A DNA stretch of 64,000 nucleotides from Octopus sinensis (Eukaryota). Below, piece by piece: positions 1 through 13,560 of the stretch. Within the stretch, counting starts at the first letter, position 1. Every line of letters starts with the position of its first letter. The notes beneath the pieces were generated by a model. The model searched no databases. It was given only the letters and a program-made list of their open reading frames with translations, and was not told where the DNA came from. The position numbers and the translations under genes were made by a program. The DNA is taken from NCBI RefSeq assembly GCF_006345805.1, contig NC_043009.1, positions 20,522,001 through 20,586,000 of the forward strand, in the 5' to 3' direction.

Positions 1-524
1 TCAGCTTTCTTCTTTTACCACCACTTCTTGCGCTACCGCCATCACTATTTCTTCCCCTCTCTACTATCACCACTACTATATACAACTACTGTCACCATCA
101 CTACTACTACAGTTGCTGCTGTACAGTTATCTCTGTACACACACACACACACACACACATTATACAATGCTTGCAGGCATAGCCATGTTAAGAAGTTTGT
201 TTCCCAACCATGCCATGCTAGGTTCAATCCAACCACATGACAACTTAGGCATGGTGTTTTACCCTAGCTTTGGGGCAGTCCAAGACAGTGTGTAGAAGCC
301 TGTCAGATGGACTCCACCTCTAATTCAAAGCTACTTCTTGTTACACTGTCACACCGATTCTACTCTGGGATTCCATTGAGAATAAATGTGTCTGTGGGAT
401 ACTCAGCCACTTTGCATGTTAATTCAATGAGTTCTGTTGATTGAACAATTGGATGTTCCTACATCAATCCCAGTGGAAGGGTCCATTATAATCCTATATA
501 CACTACAGGTTTATATAAATATTG

Positions 525-722
525 ATTTCAAATTCCAGCACAAGGCCAGCAATATCAGGGGTGGGAGTAAGATGATTACATCAACTCCAGTGTTCTACTA
601 ATTTTATCGACCCTGAAAGGATGAAAGGCAAAAATCAACCTTGGCAGAACTTGAACTCGGTAACTAAACATTTGATGAAATGCTGCTAGGCATTTGGCCC
701 AATGTGCCAACAGTTCTGCTGA
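525..722 (-). mobile_element. tRNA-derived SINE, diverged
   Basis: Reverse complement contains ttgcctttcatcctttcagggtcgataaa and ends attgctggccttgtgc, as do the copies near 50.4 kb and 59.0 kb. Confidence 0.65.
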
Positions 723-1061
723 CACACCACCCTGGTTTTTATAAATATTAAAACGAAGGAAGACCTATCAGTTTGATGTCATTCCTGAATTTGTAGCATT
801 TAATCATAAAGCAGGAGACCTTGTCAAAAAGGTTAAACCTTTGAGTGGGATTCTAGTTACATGAAAAATATTTAAAGGGTAAACAATGCTAAATTAGGGA
901 TTTCTTTACTTTACGATCTGTATTGTTTTATGCTTCTGCCAAATTCCACTCCCAAGGCACCATTCAATAAAAGAAACATTCACCCAAATCTGTGAAGTTG
1001 TGAGGCAAACTTTTTCACCTCAGCTGATACCTATGTTAATATTTTCTGTTTAATTTTTCAG

Positions 1062-1112
1062 ACAGCAAATTTACAAAAGATTCTGAACAGAGTTCAAGAG
1101 TTTTTTTCCAGT
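1062..1112 (+). CDS. HOOK3: Hook-family protein, first coding exon in window (TANLQKILNRVQEFFSS)
   Basis: ttttcAG/GTaagt borders, 51 nt, phase 0/0; resembles ISNLKKILKGILDY of the vertebrate Hook domain. Confidence 0.9.
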
Positions 1113-1487
1113 GTAAGTAATTATTTCATACATTTTAACATTTATTATGTTCCTACCTTCTACTGTTGTTTTACGTCAAATTACCTGAGTGCTCAGAAAT
1201 ATTCTGATATTTACCATTTCAATAGAACTAGAATTTATTTACTCCTAGGGCAACTCTGCCGACAGACTTTGACCTGTAATTGAAGATGTTCCATCTGTGA
1301 CCATCTTGTCTTTTGTTTGAGACATAGTGTATCAAGGACTGTCATACTTTTTTTTTCAAGACAGCAGTTAAAAACTTGTCTTCTATTTCTAACAAGTCAA
1401 GTAGCCACATAGGGACTTCCATGTCAGCTCATTATAAGTAGAATTTGTAAAAAATGATGCAGTTTTATCTAATATCAAATATATGGA

Positions 1488-1716
1488 ATAACCCTTTAGT
1501 GTTCACATTATTCTGCCAAAGTTAATGTTTATTTATTCTCTTTGTTTTGAACTAATCATGCATTATCTTGTAGTTATGAGATTTTGATGAGGTAGCTATT
1601 AATTTTTAAGATGATATTGTAGGGTTGGTGTGAGAGACCAGATATGGCCAGTTTGAACATAAAACAAGCAGAATACTTTTGGCCGGATATGGCCAGTTTA
1701 AATGCTAAAGGGTTAA
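1488..1716. mobile_element. piggyBac-like MITE
   Basis: Ends CCCTTTAG (1492) and CTAAAGGG (1712), flanked by ATAA and TTAA, consistent with a TTAA target duplication; no ORF. Confidence 0.6.
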
Positions 1717-2618
1717 TATGAATATCTGTACAGTTTCATATGGAATAACTAGATTTTTGTATGAATAATTGTAGAGTTTTATAGGGTATGTTTGTACAGT
1801 TCTATGTAATATATTCTGTGAAGAAATGTTTTTCATTCTGTCCTTCATTATTTCTACAGATTGTAGAATTTCTTTTGCTTAACCCTAGGTCAGCCATCAA
1901 TGAGCAGACCTTCAAAGAAAGATGTTCCAACCAGGACTAACCCTATCTTTTAAGGGATGTTTATGAATACATTTTTTCAGTATGTCCTTCCTATTTTCTT
2001 GATGGTAGGATGTTGTTTTAGGGAGATTTGATTTCTGTTTCTTGCATGCTTAGCAACTATGTACAAATTCTGATGTTGGCTTTTGAATGTGTGTGATATT
2101 GTAATATGTGTATGATTTTAAAGAGGTATGGCTTCTACTTCTAATACATTGAATGACCTCATAAAAGCTTCTATACTGGTTCGTATATATTGTAATAAAA
2201 TGTATGGTTTTATACTTTCTGATATTAACAAGAGATACTGTATACGACTTAGCTTTTTATCATCAGCACAGTGATTTTTCAGTCCCTGGACTTGGTAACC
2301 ATTGACAAAGATTATACTTAGCTTGTGGGCTCTAATAGAATTGAAAAATGTCTAACATTGCTACTTCCATTAAAGATCAGATTAAGATGTTTTCATTTCT
2401 TCAATTCTTGTGTAATTAAAATTTTGGATTGTCTCCCCTTCGCCTTGACCAACTTCGCTTGGCATCCATTCTGAAGTGAGTCTCCTTCCACCTCTTGACT
2501 GTAAAAGTAATTTTAAATAAAATGTGTTGGCTTCATTACATTATATTAACACTCGTTATAATTACATATCTTCCCTTGAATCACAAATTACTAACTATTG
2601 CTGTCCTTCTCTTTCCAG

Positions 2619-2670
2619 TTACCAAATTTGCGTAACAGAGGATTTCCCCTGCCAGATATTAATGCTATTG
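2619..2670 (+). CDS. HOOK3: HOOK exon (LPNLRNRGFPLPDINAI)
   Basis: ctttccAG/GTaaga, 52 nt, phase 0/1; resembles FTLPDVNLI. Confidence 0.88.
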
Positions 2671-3049
2671 GTAAGAAATATTATTTTCTTTATTTCATTT
2701 TCTTTCATTATTTTGCTGTAAAATTTCATTGAAAATGTCATAAGATAAAATTTTATCAAGAATTAGGAGTTATTCTTGATTTGAGTGTGTGTGTGTGTTA
2801 TAGAAGATTCATTTTAACCATTTAATAAGACAAAAACTGACTTAACTCACTTTAAACTCAAGAATTTAACAAGGTTTTTTTTTTGTGTGTGTGTGTTTAA
2901 AATGGTTAGAATGGTTCTCTCAAGATGTAATTATTTCTACAAAAATATTTAGGACAAATATTGTAGTTCCATAATTCTACAAAATCTCTTATTTTAATAT
3001 TTTTATTGTCTTCCTATATGTCTAAACCTACCCTATCTTCTGCTGAGAA

Positions 3050-3560
3050 AGCTTCTACATGGTTTCTCGACCTGGTAGAAATAGCAGCCAAATTTCCCTT
3101 AAATTACATGCTACAATCATAAAAAAACAGAAGGACAGGTGAGATAATCTAGTCATAGATACTGATGTGATGGTTATGGGTGGAATGTCTTAGATGAAGG
3201 CAAACCTAGGGCGAAACAAGGGTTAATTAAGTGAGGTTAAGACAGAGTTTATGTTGCTTCCTTCCAAGAGGGATACAAGTTTCAGTGGGATCGTCTGTGA
3301 GAAGGATTTGGTAGTTTTGTAATGATAGGAAGATGAGAAATGAGACTAGTGGTTGTTATTTAACCCTAGGTCAACCTTCATTAATCACGCCTATGTTTAA
3401 AGACATTCCAACTGTGACCATCCTGTTTTTTTCTCCAGTCAGTGTATATCTATGACTTCATTATCTAATATGGTCTCCTTCCTTTTTTAAGACAGTTATG
3501 ATTTAAAGGAAATTCAGGTGCTCTTTCTAGCACGTCAATTAACTAAATAGAGACTCCTTG
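3050..3560. repeat. Two oppositely oriented copies of an old ~200-bp interspersed repeat
   Basis: About 3050-3230 (-) and 3360-3560 (+); related copies near 1250-1420, 1880-2065, 38100-38300 and 48990-49150. Confidence 0.5.
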
Positions 3561-3924
3561 TCAATTAGAGTAAAGGTGAGATGATAAAGTTCAATGCTGT
3601 TAGGGAAGAGAGTGCTACAGTATCAAGTTAAAGGAACAGAAGGGGTCACAGCTTAATGGTAAACTTGGTGATGATAGTGGAGTATAGAGAATGGCTCAGT
3701 TTGATAATCAACCAGATATAACTGTATATGTGTATATGATGATGATGATGATGATGGTTTCACTGGCCAGAAAAATATTTAATAGTGTAGGATGTCAGGG
3801 AGGATGGATTAATAAAAAGATAGTAATTACTTTCAGGGTGTAATTACCAAGTTGTAATTACCTTCAACATGGTATTAATATTAAAAACAAACTTCCTTTG
3901 AAAATATTTAGAACTATTGTAGTT

Positions 3925-6900
3925 ACATCGGGCTGAGAATCCACCAAGGGAAGGTGTGCCAAAAGAAAACAATTCAACAACGCGGGTTGATAAACCATAA
4001 GACGTGTGGCCAGAACCCCCCGGAAAATAACCATAGCGAGGTTCATTCCACAGTTGAATTGGAACAGTCAAAAAGACTGATAGGTGTGTTGAAGAAGACA
4101 AAGGATGAGGTTGCCGAAAGCAAATGCCGCAGAGAGTGATAAAAAATTTGAAAACGAGAGGGTGGGGGTTGGGGTAGGCACAGGGAATGACCACAAATTC
4201 AAAGGCGACGACGAACAAAAAGTCGCAAAACTGGAATAATACATATACCAGGAGGGAGAGAGACAGATTTGGACTGGGAGGAAACAACAGGGAAGGTAGA
4301 CTCAACAGCCAAAAGAGCGAATAACCATAGCGAGGTTCATCCACAGTTGAATTGGAACAGTCAAAAAGACTGATAGGTGTGAAGAAGACAAAGGATGAGG
4401 TTGCCGAAAGCAAATGACGCAGCGGTTATAAAAATTTGACAACCGAGAAAGAGCGGACCATCGAAGAGAGAAAGACGGATCGCAAAGATTCGAGTAGAGA
4501 AGAAAAAACTCAGAACCAGATGGAGGGATGCAAAGGAGGAGGAAAGAGAAGGGCTAAAGCAAGAGCGACCATCGAAGAGAGAAAGACGGATCGCAAAGAT
4601 TCGAGTAGAGAAGAAAAAACTCAGAACCAGATGGAGGGATGCAAAGGAGGAGGAAAGAGAAGGGCTAAAGCAGCTATATGAAGAGATAGAAAAGAGGCAT
4701 CGAGATCTGCTAAGAAAACAAAGAAGGAGGAGCAGAAGAAAGGAGAGGGAAAAAAACTATCGTAGCTTTGTGAACAATTCCTATCAATATGCGAAACATC
4801 TATTTACTGAAAGTAAAAACGGAAAATTGGATTGCACGAAAGAAGAGCTTGAACAACATCTGAAAGAGACATACAGCAACTCTGACAGAAATGAAGTACT
4901 CCCAAAAATGCACGGACTGAAGAAACCACCTGAACCAAGAGTACCGTTTGATTTGAGTGGCATCAAACGGAAAGAAATGGATGAATTCATAAGGAAAGCA
5001 AGAGCAAAAAGTGCACCAGGGAACGATGGAGTGAGCTACAAGGTATACAAATATTGCTAAAATTACGTTTGCAGCTGTTTGCACTGATAAGAGAAATGTG
5101 GAAGAAGAAAGATGTAGCGGAGCGATGGTGTATAGCTGAAGGTATCTATCTACCTAAAGAAAAAGAGGCAAAAGCACTAGGCCAATTTAGACCGATTTCA
5201 CTACTAAATACAGACGGGAAAATCATGTTCGGAATAATTGCTAGACGAATTATAAGATTCGTACAGCATAACGGATACGTTAATGAAGCGATTCAAAAAG
5301 CAGGAATCCCCGGAATCCCTGGGTGCATAGAACACGCATTTTCCATCTGGGAAGCCATCACCTGTGCAAAGCAAAAGAAGACAAACCTGTACATTGTTTG
5401 GCTAGATCTTGCCAATGCCTATAGATCTGTTCCGCACACAATAATAAAAACAGCGATGGACTTCTTTTGGATTCCAAAAGATGTTCAACAAATGCTCATG
5501 TCGTACTACGACAACCTGAGGATGAGATTTACAGCAGGAAAGTTCACAACGGAGTGGCAACGGCTTGAAATAGGTATTGCAGCCGGATGCACGATATCAG
5601 TCATCTTATTCGTGCTAATCATGGAAATGCTACTCAGATCTACAAACTGTGAGAAAGTTGTTACAAAGACACCATTAAGGGCTTTTATGGACGATGTAAC
5701 TATATTATCGGAAAGTAGAGAAGCAGCAGAGGGAACGTTAGAGCGGTTGGACGAATTGATAGGATGGGCAAAGATGAAATTCAAAGCCAAAAAATCTCGA
5801 AGCGTGGCTTTCATGAAAGGAAGGCAAAAAGAAGTGAAATTTAGGATAGGAAGTGAAAACATATCAACGGTGAAAGAACAACCAGTAAAGAGTCTCGGAA
5901 GATGGTATAGAGATTTATTAAATGATAAGAAGCAAAGGAAAGAAACGCACGAGTTAGTAGAACAAGGATTAAAGGCAATTGACAGAACAACACTGCCGGG
6001 AAAATTCAAATGTTGGATACTGCAATTTGGGCTGTACCCAAGAATAATGTGCCCATTGCAAATGTACGAAATAGCCTCAAGTATAGTAGAAAGGATGGAA
6101 CAAAGATGCAGTGTGTTTATCAGAAAATGGCTTGGTCTGCTGAAACCACTGAATACAACTGCACTATATGGAAAACCCGTGCTGCAACTACCAATAACAT
6201 CAATCGCCGAAGAATATAAGGCAGGAAAGGCAAGGACAGTAATGATGCTAAGGTATTCAAAAGATCAGAGCATCCAGGAAAACCCTCCAAAGGTACGAAC
6301 AGGGAGGAAATGGAAGGCGGAAGAGGCAGTAAACCGGGCGATCGGAAAACTAAGGCACGCAGATATAGTCGGAGCGACGCAAGAAGCTAGAACCGGCCTA
6401 GGGTCGCAAAACTTCAGGCCATTTTGCAAGAGCAGTGTAAAAGAGATGAAAGAGGCAGTGGTATACAAAGTGAGAAAGGAAGAAGAAGAAAGGCGAAATG
6501 TACATTTGGTGCAATGCAGTCAACAGGGACAGTGCCTGAGATGGGAGGAATATGTGATCAACCGCAGAATATCATGGAAGGAACTTTGGGCTTGGGAACA
6601 AGCAAGAACATCCTTCCTGATCAGGTCTACCTTCGACGTTCTACCCTCACCGGCGAACTTAGTCCGGTGGAACATAAAAACAACCGACGAGTGTAGATGC
6701 GAAGAGAAAGCGACGGTTAGACATGTTCTGTCAGGTTGCAGACTAGCACTTGAAAGATATACATGGCGGCATAATCAAGTCCTCGGCGTCATAAGCGCAG
6801 CACTCAAGGATAAGATCAAGAGGTACAATAGGGGAGAATACCCAAAAGTAGAAAAGTGCAGGAGAGTATACTTCCACAAGGAGGGAAAAGGTTATAAAAC

Positions 6901-7560
6901 CAGGCCTACAAGTAAGTATACGAGATAGACGAAAGATGGAAGGGATACTGGGAGGTGGCCACGGACTTGGAAAGACAAGAGAACATCGGCAATACAGAGG
7001 AACGAAAGGAGAAGAGGTATGAAAAGCTAATCGAAGAATGCAGAGAACAGGGATGGAATGTCGAATATTATCACCTGGCAGTGGGGGCTAGAGGCTTCAT
7101 TGAAAAGAAAATGACAACGCTTTTCAAAAGAAGATTTGTTTTTTCTAGCCCCAAGCTGCGTAAACTAATAAGGAGAGTACAGGAGGCGGTCGAAAAAGCC
7201 AGCTTCTATATATGGCTGAAGCGGGAAGACCGAAAATGGCTTGAAAGTCATAAACACGCCGACAGGAAATAACATCATTAGGTGAGACAGTGTCACGTGA
7301 CAACTTGCTGGGGCTGCCTGCTGGAGCCTATGCGGCAGGTATTTAACGGGAAAAATTTGACAAGACAGTCAGTCACTGGCTGACATTCGTTGACGATACA
7401 TCGAAGAGGCCAGGGAACAGAAGAAAGAAGACATGCACCCAACACCAGAGCTGAAGACACCTCCGAAAGAGGGGGGCCCGCCACGTCAAAACGGTAGAGG
7501 TGTAGGGGCCAAAACCGGACGTGGTTCCTCCTGATGATGTCTTGAGCTAACTGGATCCTA
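3925..7560 (+). mobile_element. Hero-like non-LTR retrotransposon (RT plus RLE endonuclease), inactivated
   Basis: ORF pieces 4770..5060, 5054..6928, 6955..7272; RT motifs WLDLANAY, GCTISVILF, AFMDD; zinc knuckle CRC...HVLSGC and WRHNQVL; frameshifts near 5055 and 6925; boundaries approximate. Confidence 0.85.
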
Positions 7561-7893
7561 TAAAGGAGCTGTTGTGGTAGCAGACCACGAAACACGGTTG
7601 TAATTCCTTTTATCAGACAGACTTGCCAGTGAATTTTCCATACTTCACATTTGTATTTGTCAAATAATTCCAAGATGTTTGGTGCTATTTTATTGCTAGA
7701 AATTCTAAAACTATTCAAATCTTAGAAAAGGGTTTATAAAAATGTTCTTATATGGGCAGTAATTGGCTTCCCATATCTATGAGCTTCCTGATTGATGATT
7801 ATTAACTAAATGTTAACTAACGATTATGAATTTCAGTTTAATTGTTCAGTTGTTAATGAATGTCAAGTACATGATTTCTTTTTTCTCATTTAG

Positions 7894-8039
7894 CTGAAAC
7901 TAGCAGCATGAAAGAATTGGTTTCTTTCCTGCAGCTGATTCTTGTGTGTGCAATGTATTGTGAAGAAAATACACACATACACCAAATTATGGAAATGGAA
8001 GAATCCGTACAACAAGTGGTTATGCAACTCCTAAAAGAG
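7894..8039 (+). CDS. HOOK3: HOOK exon, end of Hook domain (ETSSMKELVSFLQLILVCAMYCEE...MEESVQQVVMQLLKE)
   Basis: 146 nt, phase 1/0; strong match to ELGRMLQLILGCAVNCE...MEESVQHVVM. Confidence 0.95.
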
Positions 8040-8945
8040 GTAAACCCTTTTGTTTTTCATTACAAATTCTTTTAATTGAAATGGGCAGAAATTGTATGCC
8101 ATCTTGAAAACTCAAGTGACAGGGCAGGACAAATGGTGCCCATGACCTTTAGAAGTCCTCCTAGACTAAAGAGATTAATATGGTTGATGTATGTGACTTA
8201 TTGCAGGTTCTCTTGAGACTGAGGAGATTAATATGGTTGATGCATAAACCTGAATGTAAAGTGCTGAACTTCAATTGAAGTTTAAGTATCTTATTTACTG
8301 AAAACCTGGTTTTAAAAGAATCTCTTTCTTTCTCCAATTGATTGTTAATTTATTAAATTTACCTGGCAATGTGAAGATAGTTTTATGTTCTTCATTGAAA
8401 TCTAATTATTCAGTTTTAACATTTTGGAGGGTACAAGCCCCACCAGTGAGTTTCATTGGAGAAGAAGATAGGATTATTTTTTTATCAGAGTCAAAAAGAA
8501 TAATAGTTTTATTATTTAAAATATCAGGGGAAAATATCTCAATTTCAATTGACAGAGACACAGACAAGCATACATGTGCACAAACACACGCACATGCATG
8601 GGGACTTCCATGTCACGGTCCAAGTCATCCATTGTGTGGCACCACTGCTCTTCATAGTATGATAGACACACACACAAGATAAAGTCAGCTTCAAGTTGTA
8701 TTATGTATAGAAATAACCTGAAGTTTTTTAATGTTGAAACCACATCAGTGAGGTACAGTGTGGTATAATTAGGTAGAAAATGATGCAGTTATGTCCATTG
8801 TGGTACGATTATTTACAGAATGGTTGTCCACTCTCTGTGATAAGCACCATCATACAGAATTATTGATTCCATGTTTGAAATATTTCTATTCATGATACAA
8901 CTGCATCTTTTATTGATCCTCATTCATTTGGTTTTATGTAATTAG

Positions 8946-9002
8946 GTTGTTAATGAAGATGGTACCTCCAGTATGAATGATAGTTTTTCAGCAATTAGTG
9001 AT
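8946..9002 (+). CDS. HOOK3: HOOK linker exon (VVNEDGTSSMNDSFSAISD)
   Basis: AG/GTaagt, 57 nt, phase 0/0, at the position of the linker between Hook domain and coiled coil. Confidence 0.8.
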
Positions 9003-10696
9003 GTAAGTACATATCATTATTACCATTTATTTGCAATTATATGTGTCTTTTAAAAAATGCTTTATCTTAAATTATTCTTAAAATTTCTCTCTCTCTCTCC
9101 AGCTATATGTGTGTTATTCTTCAGGATCTCATTTCCCCTTCTACATTCACTTTACTCTCCCCAGTCCAGTTTACTCTTACTCTCCCCTATCTGCTCCCCT
9201 CATTTACCTTCCATTTCACTTAATTGCTCTCCACTCTATTCATAATTGAAATTACTTCTGCAGTGTTGCAATCTTAAATCCTTTATTGTCTTCTAATAAG
9301 CTAACAACACCAAAAAACTCAATAAAAGCTATTTTATACAACAAATTACCCAATACCACAACTTGTTTTCTTCCCTCATCCTTACTTTTCAGAAAACCTT
9401 TTTAAATGTTTGACTTAACTTGCAAGTGTTTTTCATTGAGTAAATACATATTAACAAAAGTTTTGCTTGCCACCTCCCCCCTCCATATATATATATATAT
9501 ATCTGCTTAAATCCTCTTGTTATTAAGAAAACCTACATTGCATCATTAAGTCCTTAAAATACTTTCTCCTCTGCTTTCTACTTTTAGATGAACCTTTTTT
9601 CTTCTTTTTCTTTTCCAAATACTAAAATAACCACTCCATTATTTCCTCCAATGAGCAATTTTTCTTAAAGACTTCCTTTTAAATACGGATTAATTTTGAT
9701 TCTTCATTGACAATTTTCTCTAAACTACAGTGGAGAAGGCAAGCTGTTGGATTTGCTTGAAAAGAGATATTGAGCAATAGTTAGAAGAATATTGAAGAAA
9801 ACTTAATAACTAGTTGATTTGGCAAGCAGGGAGTCGTTTCAGTGATTTGGGCGGAGTTGGGGTGCAGTGTGCAATGATACTGTCGAGAGGTAAGCCCTGA
9901 AATGGAGTTCTCTCCTGATGACTCCATAAACTTACTAGCCTCCAGTGTGCAGAGCTTTTAACTGGTAGCACTTGCATCCTTCAAGTTGTTTACAAAAAAT
10001 CATTTCCCAGTACAATCTATAAATGTTCTTCATAGAAGACTCTTTCTATTTTCTCCAAGTAGTCACAACCAAAATGCATTTTGTCATACCATTCCAAAAA
10101 TTCCTCTGTCGTGCACTTAAATATTTCTTTACTTCTATATTTCATTCTCTGGAATGTTCTAAATTGTTTTATAAATCATCTGTGAGAATGGTAAAATGGA
10201 TATAAAATCGTGATAAGGATGAGTTTCATTCAGGGCCTGACATAAGCAATTAATGATATTCTGTCTTGGCATTACTGTAATGGTACAACCCACCCCTATA
10301 GTTTGTTAATTCCACCCCACACACCACATTTACTTTGGTTGATGTCTTAGGTTGTGTCTTTGTCAGTCCTACCTTTACATGAATGGTTTTTATTTGTTAC
10401 ATTTAACAAAACAGTAGAATCTAGGAACACCAGAGGTGTGCTATATTGCTAAAAAGTAACTGTTTGAAGAATATAATATGTTTCATATTGTAAAGAAGAA
10501 GACAAGCCTAATGTTTCAGACACTGTCTTTCTATGGAGGAGAAAAGGTACAACTTTTATTGTGCCTCCATAAAATTTGTTCACCTAAAATTGCTATGTCT
10601 CATCTCAGATTTACTTGAGATATTTCCCTTACAAACTCATTCTTTTCTCTCCTTTGATAACATTTCTGTTATCTCACAATGTTCTTTTTATTCTGT

Positions 10697-10797
10697 TCAA
10701 CGTCTGAACTCTTCATCTCAACATGTACACTCCTGTTTCAGCATCTAGACTCTTGATTCAACATGTAGACTCTTGTTTCAACATCTTGACTCCTACT
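10697..10797. repeat. ~20-bp minisatellite, about 5 degenerate units
   Basis: Repeated ttcaacatgtagactcttg-like unit. Confidence 0.55.
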
Positions 10798-12559
10798 TTG
10801 AGAATGAGCAATATCATTCTGGTATTGCTCCCTCAAACAATTAACCATCCTAATCCTCTCCATTCTTTATATTCTTTCATTCCATGTTCAAAGTCCACAG
10901 ACTCCTCTCTTTAATGGAAAATGAAGACAATATTAGTTATCTTCTCATATTTGTTTTCTTTTTTTCTGAATGGTAGCAATTAACCATTTAGCAATTAACT
11001 TTACATTTGGAAAAATAAATTATGTTGTTTCTTCACATATTCATCATTATCATCTTCATTGTGTAATATTTTCCGGCCTTTTCTTATATTAATATTCAAA
11101 TTAACTAAGAATTATAATCCAAACTGTCTTGCACTTCTCATTGATATAATCAACAGTTGGTTTATTATTAAAACACCATTAGTATTTGTATTATTCGCCA
11201 TTTCTCAATATTGTCTTCTTTTTCCCATTAGATTTTATGTGTTTCAAATATTAAACTTATCTCACTGAAAATTTGTTTCTTATTCACTCAATTTTTATGT
11301 TTCTCCACAGTTATTGAACCCAGCATGCCTAATGTCTAATCCCTTCTCCTTTTTAATATGTAAAACCTATGACAACTCTGTAGAATTATCAGAGAATTAT
11401 ATTTTTTCCCTTTTACAGCTTTCCAAGTATTACTCTCAGGTTCTTCAATTTCCTTTTCAAATTTTTACTTTTTATCCAATTTTATTTTCATTTTTGCTCA
11501 TTTTTACTTAATTTTTGCTCAGCTGGTAGTTTTTTTTTTTTTTTTGTCTTTTTGTTTCCAATTTTGTTACTTCATGTCCATCATTTTTGTTAGCTTTTTT
11601 TCTATTTGTAACAAATATTTTGTGGGTCATTCCCCCCCCCCTTTTTTTTTTTTACTTTTTATTTTATATTGCAGTTCTTGAACACATTTTTATTTCCTGC
11701 TATTCAGTTCCAGCAGACGTGTTTGATTCTGGAAACTAAATACTTTTGCTTGAAGATGTTGCTGAAAGTTTATAATTTTTGCCTCTAAAATTGCATGAAT
11801 GTTTGCAATCAACCATTACTTTATTCTCACTTTTTTCAAAACTCAGTATTAAATAATCGATGTATTTTCACTTCATGCAAGCTAAAATGATTCACACACA
11901 CACACACTCTTACTCACACATATATGCATATGTATAAGAAATGAATTCTGAGAATCGTATCGATATAACAGAAAGCTCCTCTAATGGACTCGGATATCAG
12001 GCCACATGGTAATCCGATACAGAGAAGTGTAATGCAAGTGTCCATGCAGCCGAAATCCAGAAGATACGATTGATGAAATTGTTTCATGAAGAGTATATAA
12101 TCCATAAAAAGTCAGGCAGCACAAGAGATGAATATATTTATTTAACCATTTGACATCCTTAGGATTACGACTGCTTTGCAACCTTCTTCGTGCAGTATTA
12201 ATTCCAGTGTGGAAGAAATTATGCTTAAAATGCTTAGCATTATACAATGGAATTGTACATTTGCAAATCAATGCAAATGAAGAGTTGAGACCTTGGTGTA
12301 AACCTGATGACCTTGCTTTGGGTTTGGGAATATGCAATTTTATTGTGCAATGCTGAGCATGCATACAAACATGTACACATAATTTCTTCCATACTGAAAT
12401 TAGTACCAAATGAAGAAGGTTGCAAAACAGCCGTAATCATAAAGATATCATGCAGTTAAATAAATGTATATTCACCTCTCATACCTACTGACTTTCAGGG
12501 TGGGTGTGTTTGTGTTTGTGAGTATCTTTTTTTTTTTTCTGGTTTGTCTAACTGTGTAG

Positions 12560-13560
12560 CACCTTGAATAGATGTCTTTTACTGTAGCCCTGAGCAAACC
12601 AAAGCCTTGTGAGTGGATTAAGTAGATGGAAACTGAAAGAAGCCTGTCGTATATATATATACATATATATATATAAGGCTTCACTTGACATTGTGTGACG
12701 GTTGTAAATGAGAGTCAGTCATTTTCAGTCTTCTCTATAGAAAACCTGTGACTTTGCTTGAAAATAGGTGAAGGTCGGCAGCATTTAATGATGGGTGTCT
12801 GGCCATAGAAGGTCTGCCTCAATAAATTCCCTCTGCCCTATGCAGGCATAAAAAAATAGACATTAAATGATGACAATTTACACTTATACATATGTACCTG
12901 TATATAGATATATGTAGATAGAAACATGTATATATTATGTATACACATCTTGGAAGATGTATATGTGTGTGTGTTAAGTGGTTGGCATTAGGAAAGCTGT
13001 AGAGACCATTCCACAACAGACAATTGAAGTCTGGATGGTTCCCAACTGGCCAGTTCCATTCCACAACATCCAGCCCATGCCAGCATAGAAAGCGGATGTT
13101 AAACAATGATGATAATAATTATATATGTCTGAGTTTGGCTTTTTTGGTGCCCCCATGATGCTTAAATCAGAAGGCCAAGTCAAGAATGGAACAGTCTCAG
13201 ACATTGATTGCATGGGTGGTGGTCTTGGCTGGAATTGTTGGGATTTGTGTTGCCTTTTTCTGCTTCTTCTTTAGTTTTTCTTCTCTTCTGAAATGAATTG
13301 CTCTTATGCTTTATAAAGGTGCAGACATGGCTTCCTAGCTATGTGGGTTGGTCCCTAATTGCATAGCTCTGGGTTCAGTCCAACCAAAGCCCTCTGATTC
13401 AATTTGGTCGATGGAAACTGAAAGAAGCCCCTTGTATATGTGTACATATGTGAGAGTGTGTGTATGTTTGTGTCTTGACATTATTTGATAGTTGTAAAAT
13501 GATTGTCGTTGCCATTCACGTAGTGCCTTTCATTTTTAGTATTCTGCGAGAACATGTCTG
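12560..13560 (+). mobile_element. Cluster of decayed SINEs and an RTE 3'-tail fragment
   Basis: ccaaagccttgtgagtggat...gaaactgaaagaagcc at ~12600 and ~13385; gtggttggcattagg...cccatgccagcat...gatgat at ~12975-13115. Confidence 0.6.

Noticed and set aside
7445-7610. Possible hammerhead at the Hero-like 3' end (ctgaaga, ctgatga, gtggt/accac-gaaac)
   Set aside because: Core pieces are not adjacent in the required order, and stems I and III cannot be closed without several assumed edits
9731-9889. Possible exon ending at a strong GTAAGC donor (9890) with a GC box
   Set aside because: Stops in the needed frame and phase does not fit neighbouring HOOK exons; only a UTR or poison exon remains possible, with no support
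11981-12440. Overlapping ORFs of 66-142 aa suggesting a nested antisense gene
   Set aside because: No recognisable protein; they coincide with the fold-back, which explains the symmetric ORFs
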